Source: Callorhinchus milii (lineage: Eukaryota). Taken from it: a stretch of 64,000 nt of DNA. The notes below the pieces were generated by a model that had not been told where the DNA came from, searched no databases, and worked only from the letters and a program-made list of their open reading frames with translations. The first letter of the stretch is position 1, and every line of letters begins with the position of its first letter. The position numbers and the translations under genes are program-made. Shown piece after piece: positions 25,469-36,442 of the stretch. The stretch spans positions 45,758,001 to 45,822,000 of the forward strand of contig NW_024704743.1 in NCBI RefSeq assembly GCF_018977255.1, written 5' to 3'.

Positions 25469-27029
25469 GCTTATTAAAACACTTTTAATGTTTTTGCCAC
25501 TTACACAATAAAGTCATACATTTAGTGCGCATGCAAAAAATCACTTTATTACTTCACTTCATTGCTTCACTGTGAGCATTGCCCACATGGCCTATCACTC
25601 CACTGTTGCCCTGACCATCCTTTCTTCTCAGAGCAGTCTCTTTCTACCTATTATAAGGATGTAGAAACTTACTTAAGAGGCATAAGGAGATTTGACTCCC
25701 AACGGGGTCCAGGATATGTGGCTTCAAGAAATTCATCCTTTTCACTATTCAGTACATTGTTTCCAGAGACGTGCTTAATAACACTGACCAAGATCAGCCA
25801 CAGCACAATTCAGCAAAAATTGGGAGGTTAAACCGGATACTTGACTGTTCTGTATTGTTCAGTACAGTTAAATTTAGTTATTTTCTAAAAATTTACACAA
25901 TGTAAATTTCAAATAGTGCCATGTGATCATTAATGTCCACCTAAACAAACAGACTGGACCTCGGTTTAACGTCTCATTTGAAGGATGGCTCTTCCAACAA
26001 TACAGTATACCCCCAGACTACATTGGAAAGTCAGCCTAGACTCTATGAGATCTTGAACCTGCAATCTTCTGTCTTAGAGTGCTATTAAATGAACTAGACT
26101 GGCATGCAAATATAGTTTTTTATTCACAGTGGGCAACCTTGATATTCAGAATGGTTGCAGAAAGGAAAAAATGGCTGAATGCTAGAGATAATTATTAAAC
26201 GATATAGGGAAAGAACAGAGGAAAGGGATTCTGGATAGCTCCAGTGCGGCAACTAACTGCAGCCCAGACATGATGGTCCAAATGACCTCCTTTTGCTCTG
26301 TGATCATTCCTTGTGGTAGATCTTGTAATATTTAGATCTCGTGGATCTTGTGGTATAAAGAATTCAAGTCACACAAATAGGAACGTCTTTCAGGAAACCC
26401 TAAGTATCTTCTGTCAACTCACGGGAATGTTGCTCTGGGATTTTGGATTTCCAGAGCTAAGATTGATGAGAATTCCTTATTGAAGGAATATTTTAAGAAA
26501 TACAGCAAATTAGACCCTTCCTATTCAGTGAGACCAGAAAGATCCTTTCATGTCAGGAGGCTGTCCCAAGGTACTTGTCAGTCCAGGCTTGGTACTCACA
26601 TTTGGAGTTAGTAAGTTAGGGTGACATTCTTTTGGAAGTGATGTTTATACATCAAATAGTTAAAACAAAGTAGGAAAGAGATAGTTCTGTGATATCAGGG
26701 ATGCCAGTCAAGTATTTTAGCCAAGACTCAGTGCATCAGTCAGGCAGATCCATGTTGTTACCTGTGATGACATTTTGGAGGAGAGCTGCCCTGGAATCTT
26801 GACACGATGCTTTGGAAAACCATTCTCAACGCAACAAACTGAGTGATTCACCTGAAGGCTCTCAACATACTGAAAAGAGCAGCAATGTGAATAATCAGAT
26901 CAGCAATTTATGTATGTCTACATCAAACTAAAGAACAAGCACAGCCAACACAATAGCCTTAAGCACCTCCTGCAAGAAAGAAAGTTGATATAACCTATCT
27001 CGCTTTACAAGGATTAATGTGCGTTTAAA

Positions 27030-27290
27030 GGGCACACCAACACACGTCTTGTGGAAGAGCTCTGCTCGCTGGACCCCCAAGCTCTTCCCTATACAAGCTG
27101 TGGATTATCCAGAACTCTGCAGCCCGTGTCCTCTCATTTAGCAGGCTCCACAAGCTCATCACGCCCATTCTCGCTGGGCCCTCCAGCTCCCTTCCTTTGT
27201 TCAAGGACTGTCTCAAAACTTGCCTCTTTGACCGCACTTTCGGTCACCGTCCCCTCTCACCCCCCTCAGCTCCCAGCCACAGCTCGAGTG
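27030..27290 (+). mobile_element. L2 LINE fragment with internal deletion
   Basis: ATCCAGAACTCTGCAGCCCGTGTCCTC (IQNSAARVL) is joined to TCTCAAAACTTGCCTCTTTGACCGC. Confidence 0.75.
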
Positions 27291-28624
27291 CCCATCCAGC
27301 AGACTGCAGAAACATTCCCACCTGAACATGCAGTTGAGTAGAAATTCCACCTGTATCTAGATTTATTCAATTTATGATGCATTTTAGGGCATCCAGAATT
27401 TGGCAAATTGTTGAATTGAGTCTTAACTTGGAAGATGATTTTCTGTAGCCCTTAAAGGAATTTACAGAAGACCTGCTTGATAATTAGTTAAATTCTGTAC
27501 ATTCTGAAATGCAAATAATAGAGTAAATCTGGATTAAAATTTCATCTAGTTGCGGAATTTAATTGCAATTGTAAATTTCACTCAGATGAATTTTACCCCT
27601 TATGTTCCAAGACTATTCTTAGACAATAAACACATTTTACTTAGTAAACCGAATCCTCTCTATGTTTCCTGATCCTCTTTCTATAAACTAGGACTTATTT
27701 AGTGGATGCAGCAGAAAGATTGTTTGCAACCTGGTTGAGTCAATTGCTTTCACCCAGAGTATTGATTTTGCTGATGAAAGCAAATTAAACTGTGGCAGTT
27801 GCCCCCCGACTTCCCTCCACCATCATATCACTGCTGAGTATGGACTGAAAGCCAATACCTAAGAAAGAGTAGCTAAGCTTGAAGTAGGAACACTGTAGGT
27901 GGTACATGAAGACCCGCTGGGATTTATATAATTTGGTCATTAGGTTGAGCCATATTATTAGGTTGGTACCCCCAGCCTGAACTAATGCATCAGCAAGGCT
28001 ATGGATTGAAGAGGAGGAATTATCTATGGATTCCTTTCTCCCAAATCTGTCTTATTCTGGTCTTGCTAGTCTTCCATACTAGGGAATCTCACACCGCTAG
28101 TTCACGTGAACTTAGAAGGTAACTCTATATCACATTTGACCTGACCAGAGATTCAAAAGTAAATGAGGCAATGTTGCTGCCTCAGAAGCTTCAAGACCCA
28201 TCTAAATAGGTGCATATTGTTAATGCCTCCAGGCACACTGTTACCCCTGATAACAGACTATCTAGCTCTCACCCCTAAAAAGACCAACAATGTGATTTAG
28301 CCCCATTACATTGAATTGCCCGAAATTCCATCGTAAGGTTTGGAGAGTAACTGATGTAATTTGGCAAGTAAAATAACATAAACCATGGTAACAATTCAGT
28401 AAAATTCCAATGCAATTGTTTTGCAGTGATTTTTTTCTCGTGTTAATGCCATAAAACTTTAATTGCACCTCATTAATGGGTTAGATATGGATCAGTGCAT
28501 ATTTACTCTGTGAAGTCCATTGCTTTTGCACAGCTTTAAGACCAGTGTTGATTTATGTTTGACCAATCTTGGCTCAGCATGCTATATGCTGATTTGGAAG
28601 GGCTCAAGATGATGGTTTGGAAAG

Positions 28625-29159
28625 TAATAATAATACTATTCCTTAAATTTGATATAACGCCTTATTGCATCTTCGAGACGTCTCAAAGCGCTTCACAGAA
28701 TATACTGTAAAGTGAACAAAACACGAAATACTGCAGATGCTGGAATCTGAAACAAAAAAAAACAAAAACAGAGAGTTGGGAAAACTCGGGAGGTCAGGCA
28801 GCATCTATGGCGAAAGGAAAGTGAGTCAACATTTCAGGTCCACGACCCTTCGTCATACTGTAAAGTGAATTGACTGTGTATTTTGTGGGCAAAATGGGGC
28901 AGACAATTGCACACAGCAGTATCCCACAAACAGTCGTGGATGGAGTGACCAAATTATTATTATGATTTATTTTGAAGGAATTATTACCCCTGGAAAAACG
29001 ATCCGCCAATTGACTAACAACTGGTTTCCTACTTACTGCTAGGTAAAGAGAGGCGTGTGGAGTAAGGAAACTTGCCGAACATTTTGCCCTGCCCAGAATT
29101 GAACACAGGTCTATCGTTTGCAAGGTGAGTGCTCTAACCACTGAGCTACAGGACTCCAC
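28625..29159 (-). mobile_element. Young tRNA/Deu SINE, full length, host of a 138-bp insertion
   Basis: Head GTGGAGTCCTGTAGCTCAGTGGTTAGAGCACTCACCTTGCAA (tRNA-Ala-like), central domain, Deu core and tail. It is interrupted at 28717-28854. Confidence 0.9.
28717..28854 (-). mobile_element. Penelope-like element terminal-repeat fragment with a truncated minimal hammerhead motif
   Basis: A perfect 15-bp TSD, ATACTGTAAAGTGAA, lies at 28702-28716 and 28855-28869. The minus strand reads (T)GACGAAGGGTCGTGGACCTGAAATGTTGAC...GATGCTGCCTGACCT...ATTCCAGCATCTGCAG, typical of chondrichthyan Penelope-type repeats as I recall them. Confidence 0.75.
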
Positions 29160-29339
29160 TGGATCTATTGTACCTACGTAGAATAAATCCATGCTCTAGA
29201 TTTGGGAAACCCTTTCCACTGGACTTCCCACTGGATCTGAAATGTTCAAATCTCCCATAGTATCTCAGCACAACTAGATGAGCACAAAAAAAGTAGTTAT
29301 TTCACCCTCTTGCCATCGGAATTTCTGGCCATGGGTATG

Positions 29340-29727
29340 AAATGAAAGGTTGTAGTTTCAAGCCCCACATTAGATCTTCAAGCTCATCGTCTCGGTTGTT
29401 GCTCTTGTGCAATGCTGGGGGTATGCTGCATTGTTGAAGGTACCGTCATTTGGATGAGATGTTAAACCTGTCTGTTCAGGTGGATGTCAATGATCCCTCG
29501 ATGCTATTTGAAAAGAGAAAGAAAATTCTCTTGATGTCCTGGACAACAATCTCCCAGATAAAATTGGTCATTTGCCTTATGCCTGTTGCGGGACATTGCT
29601 GTGAGCACATTAGCTGCTGCATTCGCCTACACAATACACAGCCATTGCACTTGACAGTATATGTGAAGAACTTTGGGATATTCTCCTGACATGAAGGGCT
29701 ATATCAAATGTAAGGATTATCATTATC
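29340..29727 (+). mobile_element. Old Deu-domain SINE
   Basis: GAAAGGTTGTAGTTTCAAGCCCCAC...TTCAGGTGGATGTCAATGATCCC followed by the Deu core and tail. Confidence 0.75.
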
Positions 29728-32097
29728 TTACATGTTGAATTGTATGTATGCTTTAATATAAGTACATTATCTGAAAGCCTTTTGAACTACCTCAACACTG
29801 AGGAGGTGTTGTAGAACCACCTCTCAGAATGTTTCTATAACATAGATGTGGTATTAATCTGACTGAAAATTCTCACTGGTGCTGTTGGTCAGGCCTGACT
29901 ATGGAGTATAGTACAAATAAGATTGTCCTAGTTTTTTCCCTGGTATGAGTTAGCTGACCATGCACAAACAAACTGAGCTCCTGAATTTAGTATGGCCTAA
30001 AATTCTGATGGCAAGAGTTGACATAACCACTTTTCTTTGCGTTCGTCTAGTTGTGCTGAGATATTAATAGTAATAGTAATCCTTACATTAGCTATAGTGC
30101 CTTTCGCCACCTGACAGAAGAATGTCGCAAAGATACAGGATATACTGTAAAGTGCAGTGCCTATGCATTTTGTGAGCAAACACAGCAACTCATTTTATGC
30201 AAAACAATGTCTCACAAATAGCCTTGGAGTGAATAACCAATTTTATTTGGGGGATTGTTGGCCAGGAAACCACGAGAAACTCCCTTTTTTGAATAATGCC
30301 TTGGGATCCTGAAGATACAGACCAGACCTTGTTTAACATCTCATCTGAAGGACGGCTGCATATTCTGTGGCATTATAAATATTTTATCCCCTTTGCGCAT
30401 GCTCTCTGGAACTCCATTCCCAGGTACCTCTGACTTGCCTGTTCCCTCCCTCCCTTCTTTCATTGCACATCTCAAAACAAACCTCTTCCAACTACACTTT
30501 TGGTCAACTTTCCCCTCTTCATTATCCTCACCTCCCTCAGCTCTGGTGTCCAACTATGTGATGGACTCTTGATGTGAAAGGAGCTATATAATTGTAAATT
30601 GCATTTATTTGACTGGGGACTGGGATATCAGAGTCAAGCGGATCCAGTCCTCATCCAGAACAAAGATAAAGCTGCCACAGGATCAATGTGCAAAGAAGGA
30701 AAAACTAGCTGGTGTTCTGACTGCCAATCATTCTCTGGTGATCTCTACTGGAAACTGTTGTAAAACATCTCATTTGTCATCCGAATACCTAAACGTTTCT
30801 GCAAAGGTATAATTGTAAAAAGCATTGATCTCTGCCCTATAATTGATTTCCATGTATTGGGGCTGTTTACAAGAGATTCTAAGAAGTGCCTACACAAAGC
30901 TATCAAGCCTTTTAGTTACACAATTAACTCAGTGTGACAAATAAATTAATTGTGTAAACACAAGTTGAGCTCCCGAGTCCAAAATTTGACTGGAGATGTG
31001 AACATCATAGTCAAGGCTGTATTTGTCCTCACCCAATATCCACACCCATGGATTTTCCAGCAAGGGTCAGTGAATAATGATCAGGAATGCAAACCCTTGT
31101 CTGATTTCCCCCCCATAGAACAGAGTCACTGAACCTAATTGTAGTGCGCCCATTGCTGTCCTAGCTGAAATGAACAAACTCAGCACAGTTTTGAAACTCC
31201 TTCTCAAGATGTGGATGACGCTTGCATTTTGCTAACATTTATTGTCCATCCCTATTTGGCCTGAGAAAGTTGTGTTGGGGCTTTCTCTTTAACACTTGAA
31301 GTCCTAGAAACAGCAGTGCCTGACTCCCACAATGTTGTTGGGTGGAGTTGTAGGATTTTGATCCAGCGATACTGATGGTCTGCCCGTCTGTAAGAATCAG
31401 TAAAATGTTTAATATGAAAATACATTAATTGGAGATTGTTAAGCCTGATCCTAACTAATAAAAACGACTGGGCTGAGTTAGCTGTTCTCAGCTGAGGCAA
31501 GGATTGTCAAGCTCAAGAACTAGATTTGACTAAATGGCTCCCCTTGTGTCTTCTGTCAATGTGGAGCATCTTGTCTCCAAACTGGGCATGATCAACAGTG
31601 GCAAGGAACATATTGCCAACTGAATCACAAATGATATGTTCTTCAGTCAGTATCGGGACACAATCACATCATTGTTTTCCAGATAGAAGAAGAAATGAAG
31701 AAGTTTTTCAGTTTTACAAGTACCTTAAAAAACATCTCAAAGCGGCTTTGCAGTAATTATTATCAAGTGCAGTGATGTTTTTGTAAGAAAACACAGCAGC
31801 CAATTTAAGCATTACAAGATCCACAAATAGCCCTGAGGTGAATGTGAAGGATTGTTGGCCTGACACCAGAAGAAACTCCTTTCATCTATAAATACAGAGA
31901 GTCAAACACAGAAGGAAGTTTCTGTGTTCATCTGGTTCACAATTTGTGTCCTCCATTCCTGCTCCTTGAGGTATCTGAGAGTAATATTCTAAGTTTCCTC
32001 TTGTTATCCCACAGATGTAAACTCTTAAGTACAATTATCAGCGGCCAACTTTTTAAGAGACAGAATAAAAATGTAATTTTATGATAAAAATAATTAC

Positions 32098-33180
32098 ACT
32101 CTTGCCTATCTCTCTCATCATCTCCACTTTGTTGCCTCTAACGGTTTCTCCTCCAGCCCCTGCACTGTCACGTCTAGTGCCCCCCAAGGCTCTGTCCTTG
32201 GCCCTCTCCTCTTTAATATCTACATGCTCCCCCTTGGTGACATCATCCATAGACATGGGGTCAACTTCCACATGTATGCGGATGACACCCAACTCTATCT
32301 TTCTGCCTCCACCCTCAACTCCAGTACCACTGTTGTCCTGACAGACTGCCTGTCGGACATCAAGTCAAATTTCCTATAGTTGAATGTGAACAAGACTGAG
32401 GCCCTCCTGATTGTCTCGCACCAGTACCTCAGCACCTCAGGCTCTGGCAGCATCAACCTCCATGGTTGCACACTTCAACTCACCAAACCAGTCAGGAACC
32501 GAGGTGTCTTGTTCAACCCTCAACTGTCTTTTCTTCCCCACATCCAAGCCATGACCCGCTCTGCCTTCCCTCACCTCCATAACATCGCCCAACTCTGCCA
32601 CTACCTCATCCCTCAGGCCGCTGAAACTCTTGTTCATGCCTTCATCACCTCCAGGCTCGACTATGCAAACGTCCTGCTTGTCGGCCTTCCCAACTCCTCC
32701 CTCCACAGGCTGCAGATAATCCAGAACTCTGCAGCCCGTGTATTCTCCCGCACCAAACTCCGTGACCCCATCTCCCCCACTCTCGCCCGACTCCACTGGC
32801 TCCCTATCCTTCAGAGGATCCCTCCATGGCCTCGCCTCACCCTACCTCTACGACCCCCTAACCCCCTACCAACCGACCTGTTCCCCCTGCTCCACGTCCC
32901 CTGCCCCACCATTGGTAGGAGAGCATTCAGCCACTCTGCCCCCAACCTCTGGAGTTCCATTCCCCAGTCACTCCGCCTCGCCCTCTCCTTAGCCTCCTTG
33001 AAGTCCCACCTCAAGACCCTCTTCTTCGACCATGCCATCGGCCATCCCCCTTCCCCTTTCCTCCCTTACCCCCCCCCTGACCCCAGCTCGGGTCTGAAAT
33101 ATTGTCACTGTCCAGCGCCTTGAGACATCCTCCCAACGTGAAAGGCGCCATAAAATATAATCTTGTTGTTGTTGTTGTTG
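32098..33180 (+). mobile_element. L2 LINE, 5'-truncated, reverse-transcriptase pseudogene
   Basis: Encodes [22 protein letters not shown]...[11 protein letters not shown] (YADD at 32275-32286), then ORF 32380-33123 with LVHAFITSRLDYAN...IQNSAAR...LHWLP. It has a stop and deletions, the L2 tail and (TTG)n. Confidence 0.95.
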
Positions 33181-34042
33181 GATCAGAAGATTGTAAGTTC
33201 AAACCATGTCATGACTTTAAGCTCACAGTGTAGCCTGACACTCTAGTGTAATAGTTGAGGGAGCACTGCATTGTCAGAGGTTTTGTTCTTCCTTTTGGTA
33301 AATTGAGAACTAGCTTCTGAATTTAAGAATTTCAAGATGCACAATCACTTCACTTCACAGAAATTCCTGTGAAGCACTTTGAGATGTTCTCTAAATGTGA
33401 AAGGCGCTGTATCAAATGAAAGAATTATTATTATTTTCCACAATTTTGAGCAATCTTAAATTTTAAGGCACAATCATTTCAGAGGAGAAGACGAGGTGGA
33501 ATTTAGACCTGAGTGCTATACATGGTATTTCTATGTGCAATCTAACCATTGCACTGTACGGCTTTGGTTATTGAAGCTGCTCTACAGTGAAACTTTTGCT
33601 GTAACCTTTTTCTTTCTTGTTTTAATGACTGCTTTAGTGGGTAATGCACTGTGGTGGCTAAGGATGATTTACTGTTCACCATTTAGTTGTTGGGATCAGG
33701 AGGTTTGTTGACATTTATCACCATTTTTGAAAAGTAGTTATTAAACAAGTGGTTCCAATGTATTGAAGAAGCCTAACTGCTTGTTTTTACATGACATCAA
33801 TAAATCATGGAAACTACTGGGCAGATTTTACTCATGACAGGGATCGGTCATTAGGTTTTATGGTTCACATACTTGCCAGATGTTAGGAAATCAAGCGTTA
33901 CGTAATATTTCAAGATATGCTACAAAATCTACCACAAGCAAAAAATTAGCTGATAAAAACAGAGGATTGGAATTCCTATCAATATTAAATACTTAAATGC
34001 AAGCAACTTTAATGCACAAGATCATTATTTTATTAATGGCAT

Positions 34043-34215
34043 TGTGTTTTGTGTATATAGTGTGTGTTGAAGTTCTGTGTGTATACTGTGTGTTCACATT
34101 CTGTGTGTATATTGTATATTCATGTTGTGCGTGAATATTGTGTGTTCATGTTCTGTCAGTATATTTGTGTGTCCATGTTCCATCTATGTGTTCATGCGTT
34201 TCTGTGTATTCATGA
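34043..34215. repeat. Degenerate 26-bp minisatellite, left block
   Basis: Units resemble GTGTGTTCATGTTCTGTGTGTATATT. Confidence 0.8.
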
Positions 34216-34216
34216 T

Positions 34217-34556
34217 CTTTCCCCAATCAATCCAAACCTCAGCAGGTTCCACTGGCTCCCGTCTCCGAAAGAATTGATTTAAGGACCTTCGCCCTCACCT
34301 ACAAAACTCTTCACTCTCTGGAACCTCCCTACCTCTCTGACGTGCTCATACCCCACCTCTCTGTGCATCTCTTCACGCAGCAGATATTGGCCTGATGCAT
34401 GCTCCGATCCATCTGTGCCACCATCAGTGGCAGTGCCTTTAATCACTGTGCCCTTAACACTATGCCTCTATCCCTCCAACTCGCCACTCCTTTACCTATC
34501 TTTAAATCTCTCCTCGAAAGTCGTCTGTGAAGGGCCCTACATAACTGCTAGCTGTT
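34217..34556 (+). mobile_element. Old L2 3' fragment inserted in the minisatellite
   Basis: TTCCACTGGCTCCCG (FHWLP)...CCACCATCAGTGGCAGTGCCTT...TTTAAATCTCTCCTCG. Confidence 0.7.
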
Positions 34557-34724
34557 ATATACTGTGTATTCATGTTCTGTTTGTATAGTGTGTGTCATAA
34601 TCTGTGTGTATATTGTGTGCTCATGTTTATGTTTATATTTGGGCTGTATTATGTCATATTCTGTGTGTATATTGTGTGCTCATGTTCTATCTGTGTATTG
34701 TATGTCATGTTCTGTGTGTATATT
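34557..34724. repeat. Degenerate 26-bp minisatellite, right block
   Basis: The same unit as 34043-34215 resumes after the L2 fragment. Confidence 0.8.
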
Positions 34725-35263
34725 GACATTATTTAGAAGTAAGATATACCATTTAGTGAAATTGAGAAAACTGGCCAATGGGCATTTGCCTTTTATAATG
34801 AATTAGTAACACATTTTAACAGCATGAATAAGCTGCTAAGTGACCTTTAAGCACATTATGTCGTAAATCCAACTGTGCAGAGCGGAAAAGGGATGGGTTG
34901 TGTGATATTTGGCAAAGTGGCATTAGGGGTTTCCCACTGACCTTAATGGAAAAGCGTCATATCATATCTGTAGTGAATGACATCAATATGATTGGTCCCA
35001 GTTGTTAATGATCAAAGCTGTGACAGATCAACCAGATTTAATACAATGGCAAGCTTCAGAAAAAACTTGTCAATATATGTACGATCGGTAACGTTTGATT
35101 AATGTGCATAGTTACACAAGAATCATGCTTGTAACTCATGTATTATGAGAATAATAATAATATTCCTCTGATGTCCAGAAGTATTCTGCATAGAGCATTA
35201 AGGCAGCAGGCAAATATACCTGCTATATTCATTGATATAATGTTTAGTCATTTAGAAAGTTTA

Positions 35264-35382
35264 TGGCCAATGTTAAACATACATACTTGCAGCAAATTTT
35301 ACATTCTGGTCTTATAACTCTTATTTACCATTAAACGTGGAGTGTAAAATTTGCTGGAAGTATGTATGTTTAACATTGGCCA
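35264..35382. repeat. Inverted repeat / hairpin with 43-bp arms and a 33-nt loop
   Basis: 35264-35306 and 35340-35382 are reverse complements at 41 of 43 positions. Confidence 0.92.
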
Positions 35383-36196
35383 GCGTAGGTGAGTTGGTGG
35401 TGCTCTTGCCTCTGGGTTTAAAAATTGTGGGTTCTAACAACTCACATTTAGCTCACATTCCAGGCTAACACTACAGTGTAGCACTGATGTCCTTCAGATC
35501 AAATGTTAAACCAATGTCACATTTGCTGGCTCAGGTGGATGTGGAAGATTGCATACTCAATATTTGAAAAAAGAGGGGAATTTCTTCCAGTGTCCTGGTC
35601 AACAGTCCTTTAGAAAAACATCTAATTCACCCCCAAGAGGTAGATTTTTGGGTGGCTTTTGAAAACAGATTGTGAGGGAGCGAGATGGAGGGGTTGAGGG
35701 AAGGAGTTCCAATGTGTGGGAGCATAGTGGATGAAGGTCAACCTGCAATGGTGGGGAGGAGAGGATGGGGAACATGAAGCAGGCTCGGGTTTGTCAATCA
35801 GAGAGGGCGAGTGGTAGAATGAGCTGGAGAGAGAGAGAGGTCAAGAAAGTTGAGGAAGTTGGAAGGAAACATTGGGAGCTGAGGATGATGGTTTCCATCT
35901 TGTCTGAAGAAAGCTTAGGCTCATTCTTTTAGTCTTATATTAGTCAGCAAGCGATTGGAACATCCGTAAACCTGGAATCAAGAGTAGAAACAGAAAGGTA
36001 GATTTGGTTGTATTCTATATAGGAAACTAACCCCATGTATGGAAATGATGTATAGAGCCTCGATGTGACCGAGGTTGTAATATCGACCAATATACAATGA
36101 GAACTGCCTGCTCTTCTTCAAAACAGAATCTTTAATCTCCACCTGAACTGGTAATAATAATCTTTGTATTTTGATATAGCACCTTATCACATCGTC

Positions 36197-36442
36197 TATC
36201 AATGCCCCACCATTGTAGGTCGCGCTTTCAGCCACTACTCCTCGAAACTCTGGAGCACACTCCCTCAATCCCTCTGTCTTGCTCCCTCTGTTCTCCCTCC
36301 AAGTTTTCAAGTCCCACCTGAAAACCTTCCTCTTCGACCGTGCTTAGGGCCACCTCCATCCCGCCCCGGGCTCAGAATCAGGCTCCACCACTGTTAAGCA
36401 CTCTGAGATGCTACCCTGTGTGGAGGGTGCTATATAGTTGTT
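36197..36442 (+). mobile_element. L2 3' fragment nested in a minus-strand SINE tail
   Basis: CCCCACCATTGTAGGTCGCGCTTTCAGCCAC...CTCTGGAGCAC...CTCTTCGACCG. SINE sequence flanks it on both sides. Confidence 0.8.

Noticed and set aside
32380..33123. 247-aa ORF as a host gene
   Set aside because: It is L2 ORF2 sequence with an upstream stop and a frameshifting deletion.
34064..34806. Cys-rich ORFs, or a CRISPR-like array
   Set aside because: These are translations of a TG-rich minisatellite. The units are contiguous with no unique spacers, and the context is eukaryotic.
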